The notes under the pieces: model-generated
The model's database searches: none
The model's input: only the letters and a program-made list of their open reading frames with translations
Told to the model about the DNA's origin: nothing
Program-made: the position numbers and the translations under genes
IMG/VR virus record: IMGVR_UViG_3300037067_002612
Span: 1-64,000 of that record
DNA from: a virus
Lineage: Duplodnaviria; Caudoviricetes
Strand: one strand, 5' to 3'
Length of the DNA: 64,000 nt
Shown: positions 37,139 through 47,251 of the stretch, piece after piece
How the letters are laid out: each line of letters begins with the position of its first letter
How positions within the stretch are numbered: position 1 is the first letter of the stretch

Positions 37139-37567
37139 ATGAAAGACCAAACTTCTACACATACATTCCCTTCTAAATATGGTGGTGATTGGATTACCCC
37201 AGCCCAATACCTTACTGAATATCTATGTGAGATTATTGCACGTCAACAAAAGGAAGAATTACCAGATAAATTTTGGCAGGAAGTGCTATGGTGTAAAATT
37301 TACAAAACACAAATAGTTTTAGTTAATCGTTTACTGAAAACGTATGACGTATCTGTTATTTTACAGGCGTTGAAACATCCACAGTGCAGGCGGTTACAGT
37401 CTTTTGGGGCAAAATGGTTATTAGAGCCAATATTGAAGAAGTTGCAAAAACAGTTTAATGCCAAAACCGTATCAGATTCGAGCATACGAGAAAAAACGCC
37501 GATTGACCAAGCCCCAAGACCAGCTACCAGTAATAAAAAACAATCGTTATTTTCACAATTAAAGTAA
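37139..37567 (+). CDS. conserved phage hypothetical protein
   Basis: SKYG..IT.AQY..E..C...LP.KFW. Confidence 0.65.
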   Translation: MKDQTSTHTFPSKYGGDWITPAQYLTEYLCEIIARQQKEELPDKFWQEVLWCKIYKTQIVLVNRLLKTYDVSVILQALKHPQCRRLQSFGAKWLLEPILKKLQKQFNAKTVSDSSIREKTPIDQAPRPATSNKKQSLFSQLK

Positions 37568-37589
37568 TCCAACATATATTAAAGACAGT

Positions 37590-38615
37590 ATGAAAAGTTT
37601 AATCAAAGAATACGGTGCCGAAGCCTTTATAACCGGCGATGAATTACAGAAATATACACATAGTGTTGTTAAGGTTAGTCCTAAGCTTGATATTGTACTG
37701 GGTGGCGGTATTCCCGGAGGAAGCGTTGTCACATTAGCAGGAAAGCAAAAGTGTGGTAAAAGTGTGTCAGCGTTACATATACTCGGCAAGGCACAACAGG
37801 CGGGGCGTCCTACATATTATTTGAATGTTGAGGGTCGCTTAAAGCCCAGGGATATTGAGGGGATAAAATGTCTGGATATTAAGAAATTGAATATTGTGCG
37901 GTCATATCGTAAAGATAAAGAAGTTAGAATTTTACAGGCACATGAATTTTTAGAAATTGCTGAACAATTAGCTCACGAGAACCCTGGTGCTGTAATAGTC
38001 ATAGATTCTATTTCTCAGTTAGTTACCGAGGGTGAATTAACTAGCGATATCAACAAACAAGATAGAGCCCCAGGAGCTATTCTCATGTCAAAGTTCTGCA
38101 AAAGGCTATCCAATTTATTAGCAGTCAATGACATTATCTTAATTGGTATATTACATGTTGTGGCAAACACCAGTGGATATGGTAAAACCACGCATGTGAG
38201 CGGTGGAAATAAAATTCAGTTTGCTATGGATATTGGGCTAGAATGTAAAAAGTTTACTATCATAAGAGAAGGCGGGGCAGAGGATGGCAAACCAATCGGG
38301 CAAGACGTAGAGTGGATTACAACGTCTACTGCGTTCGCCCCCCCTGGACAAAAAACCACCTCACATATTACATACGGACTTGGTATTGATGAACTAGCAG
38401 AAATGGTAGATATTGGGTTAGAACTTGGATTTATTGAACAGTCGGCATCATGGCTCAAAATGCCGTATATGGCAGATTATATCAAAGAAGATTTCAACAT
38501 TAAGGATTATACCATACAGGGTAGAGCTAACCTAGTAGAAAGGCTAAGACAAAACCCACACGAGCAAGAATGTTTACGTAGTTCATATCATAGCTTAATG
38601 GGTTTAGCAGAATAA
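37590..38615 (+). CDS. recA: RecA/UvsX-like recombinase
   Basis: LD..LGGGIP.G, Walker A G...CGKS, Walker B IVIDSI, SGG..I.F, YG.GID. Confidence 0.85.
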   Translation: MKSLIKEYGAEAFITGDELQKYTHSVVKVSPKLDIVLGGGIPGGSVVTLAGKQKCGKSVSALHILGKAQQAGRPTYYLNVEGRLKPRDIEGIKCLDIKKLNIVRSYRKDKEVRILQAHEFLEIAEQLAHENPGAVIVIDSISQLVTEGELTSDINKQDRAPGAILMSKFCKRLSNLLAVNDIILIGILHVVANTSGYGKTTHVSGGNKIQFAMDIGLECKKFTIIREGGAEDGKPIGQDVEWITTSTAFAPPGQKTTSHITYGLGIDELAEMVDIGLELGFIEQSASWLKMPYMADYIKEDFNIKDYTIQGRANLVERLRQNPHEQECLRSSYHSLMGLAE

Positions 38616-38617
38616 AT

Positions 38618-38950
38618 ATGAATATATCGCAGTATTGGTGGATACCCATTGTAATAATCATGTATATGGTTTATTACTACAATTCTATTTTTATAAATGA
38701 AAATTCTAGTATCCAAAACTGGGTTATATCTTACGTGATTCAATGCTGTGGTATATGGCCAATTATCGCTTATAAATCTGAAAACTTGTTATTAGATGGT
38801 GTGTTATTTGATATAATAATGATATGTGTATTTTACGTAGTTATGGTTATACACGGAGAATGTAGTGGGTTTAATACACTACAAATAGCTGGTGGTTCAT
38901 TGGCCTTGGTTGGTATAATAATGGTCAAGATTGGTGAATTATCAATATGA
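38618..38950 (+). CDS. small multi-pass membrane protein
   Basis: about four hydrophobic helices. Confidence 0.55.
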   Translation: MNISQYWWIPIVIIMYMVYYYNSIFINENSSIQNWVISYVIQCCGIWPIIAYKSENLLLDGVLFDIIMICVFYVVMVIHGECSGFNTLQIAGGSLALVGIIMVKIGELSI

Positions 38951-39342
38951 GAGTTATAGACTTTGGCGGTAGAGAACATAATTGGCCACCATCAATGGGC
39001 CGGGTTAATAAAACGGCTAAAAAATCCGATTTACATATTAGGTGTCGCAAGATATTACATCGGTTATATGGTACACAGCCCATCCTAGAAGAAGTGCCTA
39101 TTCCAGTCAAAACAAAATTATTCTTGGATTTCTATTTACCTTTACAGCAAGTCGCCGTAGAATGTCATGGGAGACAACACTACGAATTTATACCGCATTT
39201 TCACGGGACCAGACGAGCATTTGTGTCTTCGCAACAACGAGATAGAGACAAAGCTGAATGGTGCAATATCAACAATATTACTTTGATAATATTACCATAC
39301 ACGGAGACTGATAGTGAGTGGACAACAAGACTCAATAACTGA
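38947..39342 (+). CDS. PD-(D/E)XK (DUF559/Vsr-like) endonuclease
   Basis: LDFYLP...AVECHGRQH...RD..K..WC. Confidence 0.75.
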   Translation: MRVIDFGGREHNWPPSMGRVNKTAKKSDLHIRCRKILHRLYGTQPILEEVPIPVKTKLFLDFYLPLQQVAVECHGRQHYEFIPHFHGTRRAFVSSQQRDRDKAEWCNINNITLIILPYTETDSEWTTRLNN

Positions 39343-39808
39343 TAAGCACGATAAAATAAAACAATTACTTGCACAATATCCAGAAATTGTTGGAATAGGC
39401 AAGCTAACTCCTATAAATGAAGTTAATCGTTTTATTAAAATGTCACAGCCCCAACAACGTAAGCTGAGTGATATGGACTGTGGTGAAGCAGCAGTAATAC
39501 TAAACCAAGAAGCAACATATATACAATTATTAACTAACCAAATAACAGCCGATATTCAATGGTGCGAGCGGTATATAAATTTTTTGATTGCAGATACAGT
39601 TATGAATTATGGTGGTCAGTATACCCCATTTGAATACAGAAAAATTTTAGCTATTAAAGCAAATGACGTAGCCATACAATTACAAACAATCATTTCCAAC
39701 GCACAATTAAAACTAGAAACCCTACAGTATTTACCTACATACTTAAGAGCTATTGCATCGTCTTATATGGCTTTGCAACAAACCAAGCGTTGTCAACGAG
39801 GAGATTAA
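39314..39808 (+). CDS. helical hypothetical protein (possible recombination mediator)
   Basis: all-helical character, located between recA and dnaB; function is a guess. Confidence 0.45.
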   Translation: MSGQQDSITDKHDKIKQLLAQYPEIVGIGKLTPINEVNRFIKMSQPQQRKLSDMDCGEAAVILNQEATYIQLLTNQITADIQWCERYINFLIADTVMNYGGQYTPFEYRKILAIKANDVAIQLQTIISNAQLKLETLQYLPTYLRAIASSYMALQQTKRCQRGD

Positions 39809-39810
39809 AC

Positions 39811-40395
39811 ATGACCATCAAAGAAGCTTTTTATCAAGGCATTCAACATGGAGATTGGCAGCAAATTTGCCAAGTATATAAAAGATTGACTGGCGAAGAA
39901 CCCCCTGCACTTCCTGCTGAAAAGAAGAAATCTATAGCCGAGGAAGTATTTGGGGTTGATTTAGATGAGGAGGTAGATGAGGTCGTTGAATTAGAAAAGA
40001 TGGGGTTGGTTAAAACAGATGGGTTTGGTGTTGTAACACAAGATAATGATAACAATAGTGAATTTTATATTGAACATGGTTCTGCTGTCAAGCAAAATAA
40101 ACGTGCTGGGCATTTTGTTCCACTGAGTAATACTAACACCCCACCAGGCTTTGTCGATGATGGCAGCGAATTTGATGATGAAAGAGTAGATAAATTTCCA
40201 GATAATATCATACTAGGCATAGGAAAGGTAAGAGAGAGAAAACGCAAATGTAATTTAGTAGATGTAAAATGTGCCATATGTGGGAAACAAGATAAAGTTA
40301 GCCCTATACTGGCTGATGGTTATGACAATGACCCGCAAAACAACGTCTACAGATGTACACACTGCCAATTGCAACATGATAGAAGTAAAAACTAA
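39811..40395 (+). CDS. hypothetical protein with C-terminal zinc finger
   Basis: GGAG SD; CAICG...CTHC. Confidence 0.6.
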   Translation: MTIKEAFYQGIQHGDWQQICQVYKRLTGEEPPALPAEKKKSIAEEVFGVDLDEEVDEVVELEKMGLVKTDGFGVVTQDNDNNSEFYIEHGSAVKQNKRAGHFVPLSNTNTPPGFVDDGSEFDDERVDKFPDNIILGIGKVRERKRKCNLVDVKCAICGKQDKVSPILADGYDNDPQNNVYRCTHCQLQHDRSKN

Positions 40396-40401
40396 ATCAA
40401 T

Positions 40402-41856
40402 ATGAATAATGAAAAAATGACCGATGTAGCCGCAGAACGAGCAGTCCTGGTTGGTCTATTTCAATATGGCGAAGATGCTTATTTAGATATTGCTGATTTT
40501 ATCAATGACGATAGTTTTACAGATGTGTTAAATCAAGTAATATTTAAATGTATCCAACATCTATATACTAATAAAGAAATGAAAAACTTTGACCAAGTTT
40601 CATTATTAGCATGTGCTAGCGAACTTGGATTGCAAAACTTTTTTAGTCAAACGGATGATATTCGGCATTTGCGGAGTATTATAAATGGTAAGGTCCAGCT
40701 AGAAAATGTGCGTATTTGGGCTGGACAGATAAGAAAACTGCAAATAGGCCGTTTATTACGTGACCAACTTAATGAAGCTTCTGTAACCATCGAGGATATT
40801 AAAGGGACAGAATCATTAGAGAGTATTCTGGGTATTGCGGAAAACATTATCTTTGATTTCAGTAAGTTGTTGCATAGCGAAGAGTCTTCAACGCCAGCTT
40901 TAATTGGTAATGATATCGACGCTTATTTGGATATGATTGAGGCGAATCCCGTAAAGGTAGTAGGAATAAGTAGTGGAATGCCGTATTATGACCAAGCTAT
41001 AGGAGGAGGGTTTAGACGTAAGACAGTTTCATTGTTAAGTGGTCGCCCGAAAAGCGGGAAATCAGTTTTAGCAGTTAATATTGCTATACATGTTGCTAAA
41101 ATCCTCAAGATTCCAGTGTTATATCTAGATACTGAAATGAGCAAGGAAGACCACTGGGCAAGACTTTTACCCAAGCTATGTCTAGGTGAGAATGTTCAAG
41201 TCACTATCAACGAAATAGAAACCGGACAATATGCCAAAAACTCATATCAACGGAACAGTGTTCGTAAAGCAGCACAAATATTAAAGCAATCGCCGTTTTA
41301 TTATTTAAACGTCTCCGGCAAGGCATTTGAGGAAACTTTATCTATTATGCGAAGGTGGGTAGCAAAAGAGGTAGGCTTCAATGAAAACGGTACTCGTAAA
41401 GATTGTTTAATTATATATGATTATATTAAATTAATGCATGATGAAGATATATCTGGTAATCTCAGCGAATATCAAATATTAGGTTTTATGATGACCTCTC
41501 TGCATAACTTTGCCGTACATTATGATGTACCTGTATTAACATTTGCTCAGTTAAACCGTGACGGCATAGATAGAGAGTCAACTGCTGTAATATCTGGTAG
41601 TGATAGAATATTATGGTTGGTAACTAACTTTACAATTTACAAAGTTAAAACCGACGAGGAAATAGCTGAAATAGGTCCACAACATGGTAATCGCAAATTA
41701 GTGCCCGTCAGTGCTAGACACGGCGAGGGCTTAGAACCCGGCGATTATATAAATGTTAAGTTTCATGGTAAATTTGGTCATATAGAAGAAGGTGAAACAA
41801 AGTTTAACTTACTATCGCAAAATAAAACAACACAACATAAACCAGATGACAAATAA
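40402..41856 (+). CDS. dnaB: replicative DNA helicase
   Basis: AERAVL, GRPKSGKS, DTEMS, YDYIKLM, AQLNR, SD.I, ARHG. Confidence 0.92.
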   Translation: MNNEKMTDVAAERAVLVGLFQYGEDAYLDIADFINDDSFTDVLNQVIFKCIQHLYTNKEMKNFDQVSLLACASELGLQNFFSQTDDIRHLRSIINGKVQLENVRIWAGQIRKLQIGRLLRDQLNEASVTIEDIKGTESLESILGIAENIIFDFSKLLHSEESSTPALIGNDIDAYLDMIEANPVKVVGISSGMPYYDQAIGGGFRRKTVSLLSGRPKSGKSVLAVNIAIHVAKILKIPVLYLDTEMSKEDHWARLLPKLCLGENVQVTINEIETGQYAKNSYQRNSVRKAAQILKQSPFYYLNVSGKAFEETLSIMRRWVAKEVGFNENGTRKDCLIIYDYIKLMHDEDISGNLSEYQILGFMMTSLHNFAVHYDVPVLTFAQLNRDGIDRESTAVISGSDRILWLVTNFTIYKVKTDEEIAEIGPQHGNRKLVPVSARHGEGLEPGDYINVKFHGKFGHIEEGETKFNLLSQNKTTQHKPDDK

Positions 41857-42973
41857 GATTGTTACAAACAAACCATATTTCTCGCAGGCATTATTAACCC
41901 AAATCAGCAATGAGTGTTGCAATAATATTGAAACAATGTTAAACGCTCTTGGAGTAGAATATTATAAAGGCCACAAGAGATTATATGGTCCGTGCCCTAT
42001 ACATGGTGGCGATAACCCTATGGCATGGAATATATACCCAGACGGTGATGTAGTTCGTGGAACATGGTTTTGTTATACACACCGTTGTCAAAAAAAATGG
42101 AAGAAAAATATTATCGGTTTTGTTCATGGAGTCTTAAGTAATAAAACAGCAAATATGCCGTGGACGCAAGCTGTTTTGTGGATGATAAAATTTTTAGGAT
42201 ATAAAGATGTACATGATATTAAAATTGATGATGCACTTAAACTAGATAGACAAAATTATAGTAATATATTTCACAGATTGAATATTAATTGTGTGGCACC
42301 ACAACCTAAAACAACATGGACGCCCACAATATATAAAAGCCAAGTAGTTATTCCATCAAAGTATTACATCAAGCGTGGATATTCACAGGAAATTTTACAA
42401 AAATACGACGTAGGAGATTCACAACGCAGTTATAGTTCTGTCATACCTATATATGATAATAAACATCAAAATATTATTGGAATGATTGGTAGAACACATT
42501 ATAATAAATGCAACGCGTGTGGCTTTTATCATGGGCATGATGATAAATGTCCCACTACCGCAGCAGACCAAATAACACATAGTAAATGGAGAAATGCACC
42601 TGGGTTTGACATGCGATATTACTTGTATAATCTGTGGTTTGCCAAAGAGCATATTGAAAAAACACAAACAATTATACTAACAGAGGGGCCTGGTGATGTG
42701 TGGCGATTAGAAGAAGCCGATATACATAATAGCGTTGCAATATTCAAAGCATGTCTTACAGAAGAACAGTTGGTTATCTTAGAAGGGTTACAATGTACTA
42801 ATGTAATATTATTATTAGATAACGATGACGCTGGGCAAAATGGCACACAAGAAATCACTAAAATGTTACACCGAACACATAATATTTATTGTCCAAAATT
42901 ATCGGCAGGAAGTGATGTAGGAGATTTAACCGTGGAAGAAATTAAACATATCATTGGAAGGATTTATACATGA
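41846..42973 (+). CDS. dnaG: DNA primase
   Basis: CPIHGGDN..C.T..C zinc finger; TOPRIM TEGPGD, DNDDAG, DVGD. Confidence 0.9.
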   Translation: MTNKIVTNKPYFSQALLTQISNECCNNIETMLNALGVEYYKGHKRLYGPCPIHGGDNPMAWNIYPDGDVVRGTWFCYTHRCQKKWKKNIIGFVHGVLSNKTANMPWTQAVLWMIKFLGYKDVHDIKIDDALKLDRQNYSNIFHRLNINCVAPQPKTTWTPTIYKSQVVIPSKYYIKRGYSQEILQKYDVGDSQRSYSSVIPIYDNKHQNIIGMIGRTHYNKCNACGFYHGHDDKCPTTAADQITHSKWRNAPGFDMRYYLYNLWFAKEHIEKTQTIILTEGPGDVWRLEEADIHNSVAIFKACLTEEQLVILEGLQCTNVILLLDNDDAGQNGTQEITKMLHRTHNIYCPKLSAGSDVGDLTVEEIKHIIGRIYT

Positions 42974-43785
42974 AACTTTTAGCATTTAGTGGGAAAAAAA
43001 GCTCTGGTAAAACTACCACTGCAAACTGGATTATTGGACAACAAATGTGTGCTATCCAGATGGTGTCGTGGATTCGGATTAACGCGAAGGGGCAGTTGAT
43101 TATACCGGCTGTTGTAGATGGGGAATTAATTAATGGGATTTTTGACCCAATGAGTCCAGACCCCGACGTACAAAAGATGCTGGCTCAGTATATTTGGCCG
43201 TCAGTTAAACTATACTCATTTGCGAATACATTAAAATTGTCCGTGATGGCGATATTCGGGCTGTCATATGACCAAGTTAATGGTACAAATGACCAAAAGA
43301 ACCAACTAACACAATACAAGTGGGGACAGTTTTGGCCATTCTTGAATAAATCTACTAAAAAAATGGTTATATCAAAATATGATAACACATATCAAGCACA
43401 GTCGTCTTACATGAGTGGTAGAGAAATTCTACAAGTATTTGGAACTGATATTGGGAGACGCATAAACGAAAACGTATGGGGAGACGCTTGTTTGCGTGAA
43501 GTGCAAAACGACCAACCTAAACTTGCTATTGTCACCGACTGTAGATTCCCCAGTGAGGTACAAGCGATTCAAGAAGCGGGCGGAAAAGTAATTAGATTCC
43601 TCCGAGCACCGTTTGCCGACCAAGATGAACATTCTAGTGAACAGGCTTTAGATAATTATCCATTAGAGAATTTCGACTATGTATTTGATAATAGAGAATT
43701 AAGCGTGGAAGAACAAAATAAACTTACCAACGAGTTATTAACCGAGTGGGGATACAACACCTGGGATTGGGAGGCCACATCATAA
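42970..43785 (+). CDS. deoxynucleoside monophosphate kinase
   Basis: SGKKSSGKTT, SFA..LK, REILQ.FGTD..R, TDCRF..E, H.SE. Confidence 0.85.
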   Translation: MKLLAFSGKKSSGKTTTANWIIGQQMCAIQMVSWIRINAKGQLIIPAVVDGELINGIFDPMSPDPDVQKMLAQYIWPSVKLYSFANTLKLSVMAIFGLSYDQVNGTNDQKNQLTQYKWGQFWPFLNKSTKKMVISKYDNTYQAQSSYMSGREILQVFGTDIGRRINENVWGDACLREVQNDQPKLAIVTDCRFPSEVQAIQEAGGKVIRFLRAPFADQDEHSSEQALDNYPLENFDYVFDNRELSVEEQNKLTNELLTEWGYNTWDWEATS

Positions 43786-45756
43786 GTGATTATAACATAC
43801 TTCCGCAGTTCATCCTTTAATAATTGGCAGCTTTGCCAGATGCAATACTTCATTACGTATGTATTGGGTGTGCAAGCACCTTCTGGTAAAAAAGCGGAAA
43901 TGGGAACAATTCTTCATAAGGTAATGGAGTGTTTAGCGAATGTCAAAAAACACATTCAAGATGATAATACAAGCGATATTAAAGACAATGTGGTAGGTGT
44001 ACTTCCTGCTAATGAGAGTTTATTATATACAGACGCGTTTGTCAAAGATATATTTAACAAAGCATATCAATATTATACGTCTCCTACTAATACCGTGCAT
44101 CCATATTATCCCAAGGATAAGGAAACCATCTGGGAATGGATTTTACAAACACTGGCATTTGGCAAGGGAATGTTTGACCCACGGTTAAGTAATATCGTAG
44201 CAGCAGAACCATTTTTTGATTTTGTAATTGACGAACCTTGGGCTCAATACAAGTATGTATTACCTGATGGTAACACTATCGAGGGAAAATTGAGTATTAA
44301 GGGAACGATAGACCTTGTAACAAAAGTGGATGAGAATCATTATGAGATAGTAGACTGGAAAGGTTTACCACTAGACACACCAATACCAACGGTTGGTGGA
44401 TGGACAACTATGGAGCAAATATCTATTGGTGATACCGTGTTTGACCAGAATGGTCATCAGTGTAAAGTTATCGGTAAGTCAACTGAAAAGATGAAACAAT
44501 GTTACACTATTACATTTGATGATAAAAGTCAGGTTACATGTGATGAAGACCATTTATGGAAATTAAATACTGATAGTGTTATCAATATACAAAATCTAAA
44601 AATTGGCGATAAAATATCAGTTACAAAACCACTTGTAATAGACGATGTTGAATTACCTATACATCCGTATGTACTTGGGGCGTGGCTTAGGGACGGAAAA
44701 AATAGGAGTGGAGAAATAAGCGGAATAGATTCAGAAATATTTGAAAAGATTGAACAATGTGGATTTAATGTTGGTCCAGATATTAGCTGTAAAAATGACA
44801 GTTGTTCATCACGAACAATTTATGGTCTAACCACTAAACTAAAACCACTTGGAGTCTTACATAATAAACATATTCCTGATATTTATTTACGTTCTTCATA
44901 TAATCAAAGACTAGAGTTATTACGTGGACTCATGGACACAGATGGAAATGCCAATCCGTATAGACATCAGGCGTGTTTTATCACCACAACCCCACGCCTT
45001 TCTGACAATATTATAGAGTTGTTGTTATCGCTTGGGCAAAGACCTAATTGTTTTGAGGATAATAAAGAAACCAATTTCGCAAAATCATGTCATTATTACC
45101 AAATACAATTTAGACCAGTAGATATTAATCCTTTTTATATTACAAGAAAAAGAGAACAAATCAAAAGTGAATGGGGTAACGGCGTATCAAACATACGAAG
45201 AGTTATCAAAATAGAAAAGAATATTATACAACCAACACAGTGTATTATGGTAGACAGTCCAGATAATACATATTTATGCACAAAGCGTATGATTCCAACA
45301 CATAATACCGGCGAGTGTAAAAATTGGGGTACTGGTGCCGAAAAAGACTATAAAGACTTTTGTGTTGACCCACAACTTCGCTTTTATCATTTGGCATTGC
45401 ATAAGCTATTTCCACAAGTTGAATATTTTACTATGACTATAAACTATGTCAGAACGGCCGGGGCTTTTACGGTCGCGTATGATAACTCTGATTGTAAAGC
45501 CATGCTGGAAGACTTACGACAAAGATTCCATATCATACAACAATGTAAATCACCTAAACCAAAATCTCGTCAGTGTAATCATTGGTTCTGCCAGCGTGTA
45601 TGCTGGTATGGAAAAACTCCTCATCCTAAGAATCCATCTCAAAATATGTGTCAATATTCCCAAGAACAATTACACAAACATGGACTAAACCAAACCATGA
45701 AAAATGAAATGTGTTCAACTTTTAACCATGAACATTACTCTAATCCAGGTGAGTAA
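43786..45756 (+). CDS. PD-(D/E)XK exonuclease (RecB/Cas4-like), intein-containing
   Basis: SS....C, G..H, E..F, GTIDL, VDWK|TG, QL..Y, C-terminal C...C. Confidence 0.85.
   Translation: MIITYFRSSSFNNWQLCQMQYFITYVLGVQAPSGKKAEMGTILHKVMECLANVKKHIQDDNTSDIKDNVVGVLPANESLLYTDAFVKDIFNKAYQYYTSPTNTVHPYYPKDKETIWEWILQTLAFGKGMFDPRLSNIVAAEPFFDFVIDEPWAQYKYVLPDGNTIEGKLSIKGTIDLVTKVDENHYEIVDWKGLPLDTPIPTVGGWTTMEQISIGDTVFDQNGHQCKVIGKSTEKMKQCYTITFDDKSQVTCDEDHLWKLNTDSVINIQNLKIGDKISVTKPLVIDDVELPIHPYVLGAWLRDGKNRSGEISGIDSEIFEKIEQCGFNVGPDISCKNDSCSSRTIYGLTTKLKPLGVLHNKHIPDIYLRSSYNQRLELLRGLMDTDGNANPYRHQACFITTTPRLSDNIIELLLSLGQRPNCFEDNKETNFAKSCHYYQIQFRPVDINPFYITRKREQIKSEWGNGVSNIRRVIKIEKNIIQPTQCIMVDSPDNTYLCTKRMIPTHNTGECKNWGTGAEKDYKDFCVDPQLRFYHLALHKLFPQVEYFTMTINYVRTAGAFTVAYDNSDCKAMLEDLRQRFHIIQQCKSPKPKSRQCNHWFCQRVCWYGKTPHPKNPSQNMCQYSQEQLHKHGLNQTMKNEMCSTFNHEHYSNPGE
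44362..45306 (+). mobile_element. class 3-type intein with LAGLIDADG domain (315 aa), Gly at position 1
   Basis: GLPLDTPIPT start; DEDHLW, TQCIMVD and IPTHN|T match the class 3 WCT signature; LGAWLRDG and LRGLMDTDG. Confidence 0.85.
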
Positions 45757-45768
45757 GGAGAATTTTAT

Positions 45769-46185
45769 ATGTCACGAGGCAAGAAAATATGTCCAAAGTG
45801 TAAAACTGAATGTGGCGTAAGAACAAAAATTTGTCAAAAGTGTAAATATGATTTTGCAAGAACACCACAGAAAGTTAATAATAAAACGAATCGTAGACGA
45901 AAAAAGAAGACGGATACTCCAAGTGGAACCTGGGTATATGACCTGCCACCCGGTATGCCAAAAATACAAAAACCACAACCTTTACCAGATGGCCCAGTAG
46001 ACAATATAGTTTTATATGAGTATTGTGTATATAATGGATTTGGTAACGCAATCTTTGAAGAAATACCTAATCACAAGATTGCAGACCACGTACTGCGTAA
46101 AAAATGGCAAAAGGCCCATGACGCAATGCACGAAGCGTGGACATATTTGACTAAATATTTAGAAAAGGCTTTTAACAATGAGTAA
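45769..46185 (+). CDS. zinc-ribbon basic protein
   Basis: GKK.CPKC....G.R...C.KC. Confidence 0.6.
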   Translation: MSRGKKICPKCKTECGVRTKICQKCKYDFARTPQKVNNKTNRRRKKKTDTPSGTWVYDLPPGMPKIQKPQPLPDGPVDNIVLYEYCVYNGFGNAIFEEIPNHKIADHVLRKKWQKAHDAMHEAWTYLTKYLEKAFNNE

Positions 46186-46426
46186 TACCACCACAACAAA
46201 AAAGGTTCAAATTAATATCAACCGTAAGTTGATGTCTCACGATATAGTCCAACAACTAAGAGATACAATCAACGCAGAAGGAATGTTAGCAGGAAGTGCA
46301 GTATTAAATCTGTTGGATGAATACGACAGACTTAGGTATTTATCTGAGGGTTTAGCAACAGCTTATATGAAACAAAAACCACATGATATTAAGAAAATAA
46401 TGGAGATTTTGCAATTAATTCTTTAA
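46178..46426 (+). CDS. hypothetical protein
   Basis: ORF in operon. Confidence 0.5.
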   Translation: MSNTTTTKKVQININRKLMSHDIVQQLRDTINAEGMLAGSAVLNLLDEYDRLRYLSEGLATAYMKQKPHDIKKIMEILQLIL

Positions 46427-46452
46427 CAGTAAACTTATGAGGAAGAAGGACA

Positions 46453-46799
46453 ATGAAATTACTTGATAAATATAACTCCTTGCGGCAACAATTATTTGAT
46501 TATTTTGGTTATGTTGAAGATTGTAGGATTTTACCGATAGACGATGCTAGACAATACTATTGGTATTTAACCGGCGAGTCCTATGGAGACGAAGTATGTT
46601 TTGCCAAATATGAATGTAATCTATTTAAGATGATGGATATTCAAACGATATTTATACTCAACGACATTTGCCCAAATGGGTATATCGCGGAGATGAATAT
46701 ACCATGATAGTTGTTGATACACATTGTGATGGCAACCAATTTTTACAGATTTTTGATAATACTAAAGAAAGACCAATGAGGGATACAGAAAATGACTGA
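46453..46799 (+). pseudogene. phage hypothetical gene with a frameshift near 46627-46629
   Basis: FDYFGYVED N-half; the protein-like C-half DDGYSNDIYTQRHLPKWVYRG...VDTHCDGNQFLQIFDN lies in the -1 frame and ends overlapping the next start. Confidence 0.6.
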
Positions 46800-47214
46800 T
46801 ATATTTGCTCATTCCGTATCTAGGTTTATACAAACCGAAAGAGAAAAGACCCCCGTGATTCTTGACAAAGCTCACGCTCATGGTAAAATACTAGAGAAGT
46901 TGGACAGGTTCAATCGGGCAGATGGCGATATATTGTCTGCTCTTGTAGAACTGGCGGGCATTGCCCAGATTATTGCGGAAAAATTAGGTCTTGTAGAGGA
47001 AACGAACACCACGGAAATTCAGGCGATTCGTCAATCCGTAGACAACATAGCAGAAACTTCTAGGCAGGTTATTGATTTAATAGCCAGCAATCTAAAATCA
47101 TTACCACCATTACAAAAAAACGGACCAAGACAAATACATATTGAACTCACAAACAATGAGCTTAAGCAATTACTTGAGTGCTTAAAAGAGCTTGGTGATA
47201 TAGTAAAATCATAA
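46792..47214 (+). CDS. hypothetical protein
   Basis: ORF in operon. Confidence 0.55.
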   Translation: MTDIFAHSVSRFIQTEREKTPVILDKAHAHGKILEKLDRFNRADGDILSALVELAGIAQIIAEKLGLVEETNTTEIQAIRQSVDNIAETSRQVIDLIASNLKSLPPLQKNGPRQIHIELTNNELKQLLECLKELGDIVKS

Positions 47215-47251
47215 TACATTAATCACTTTTTATATGGAGGACAAAAAAAAG

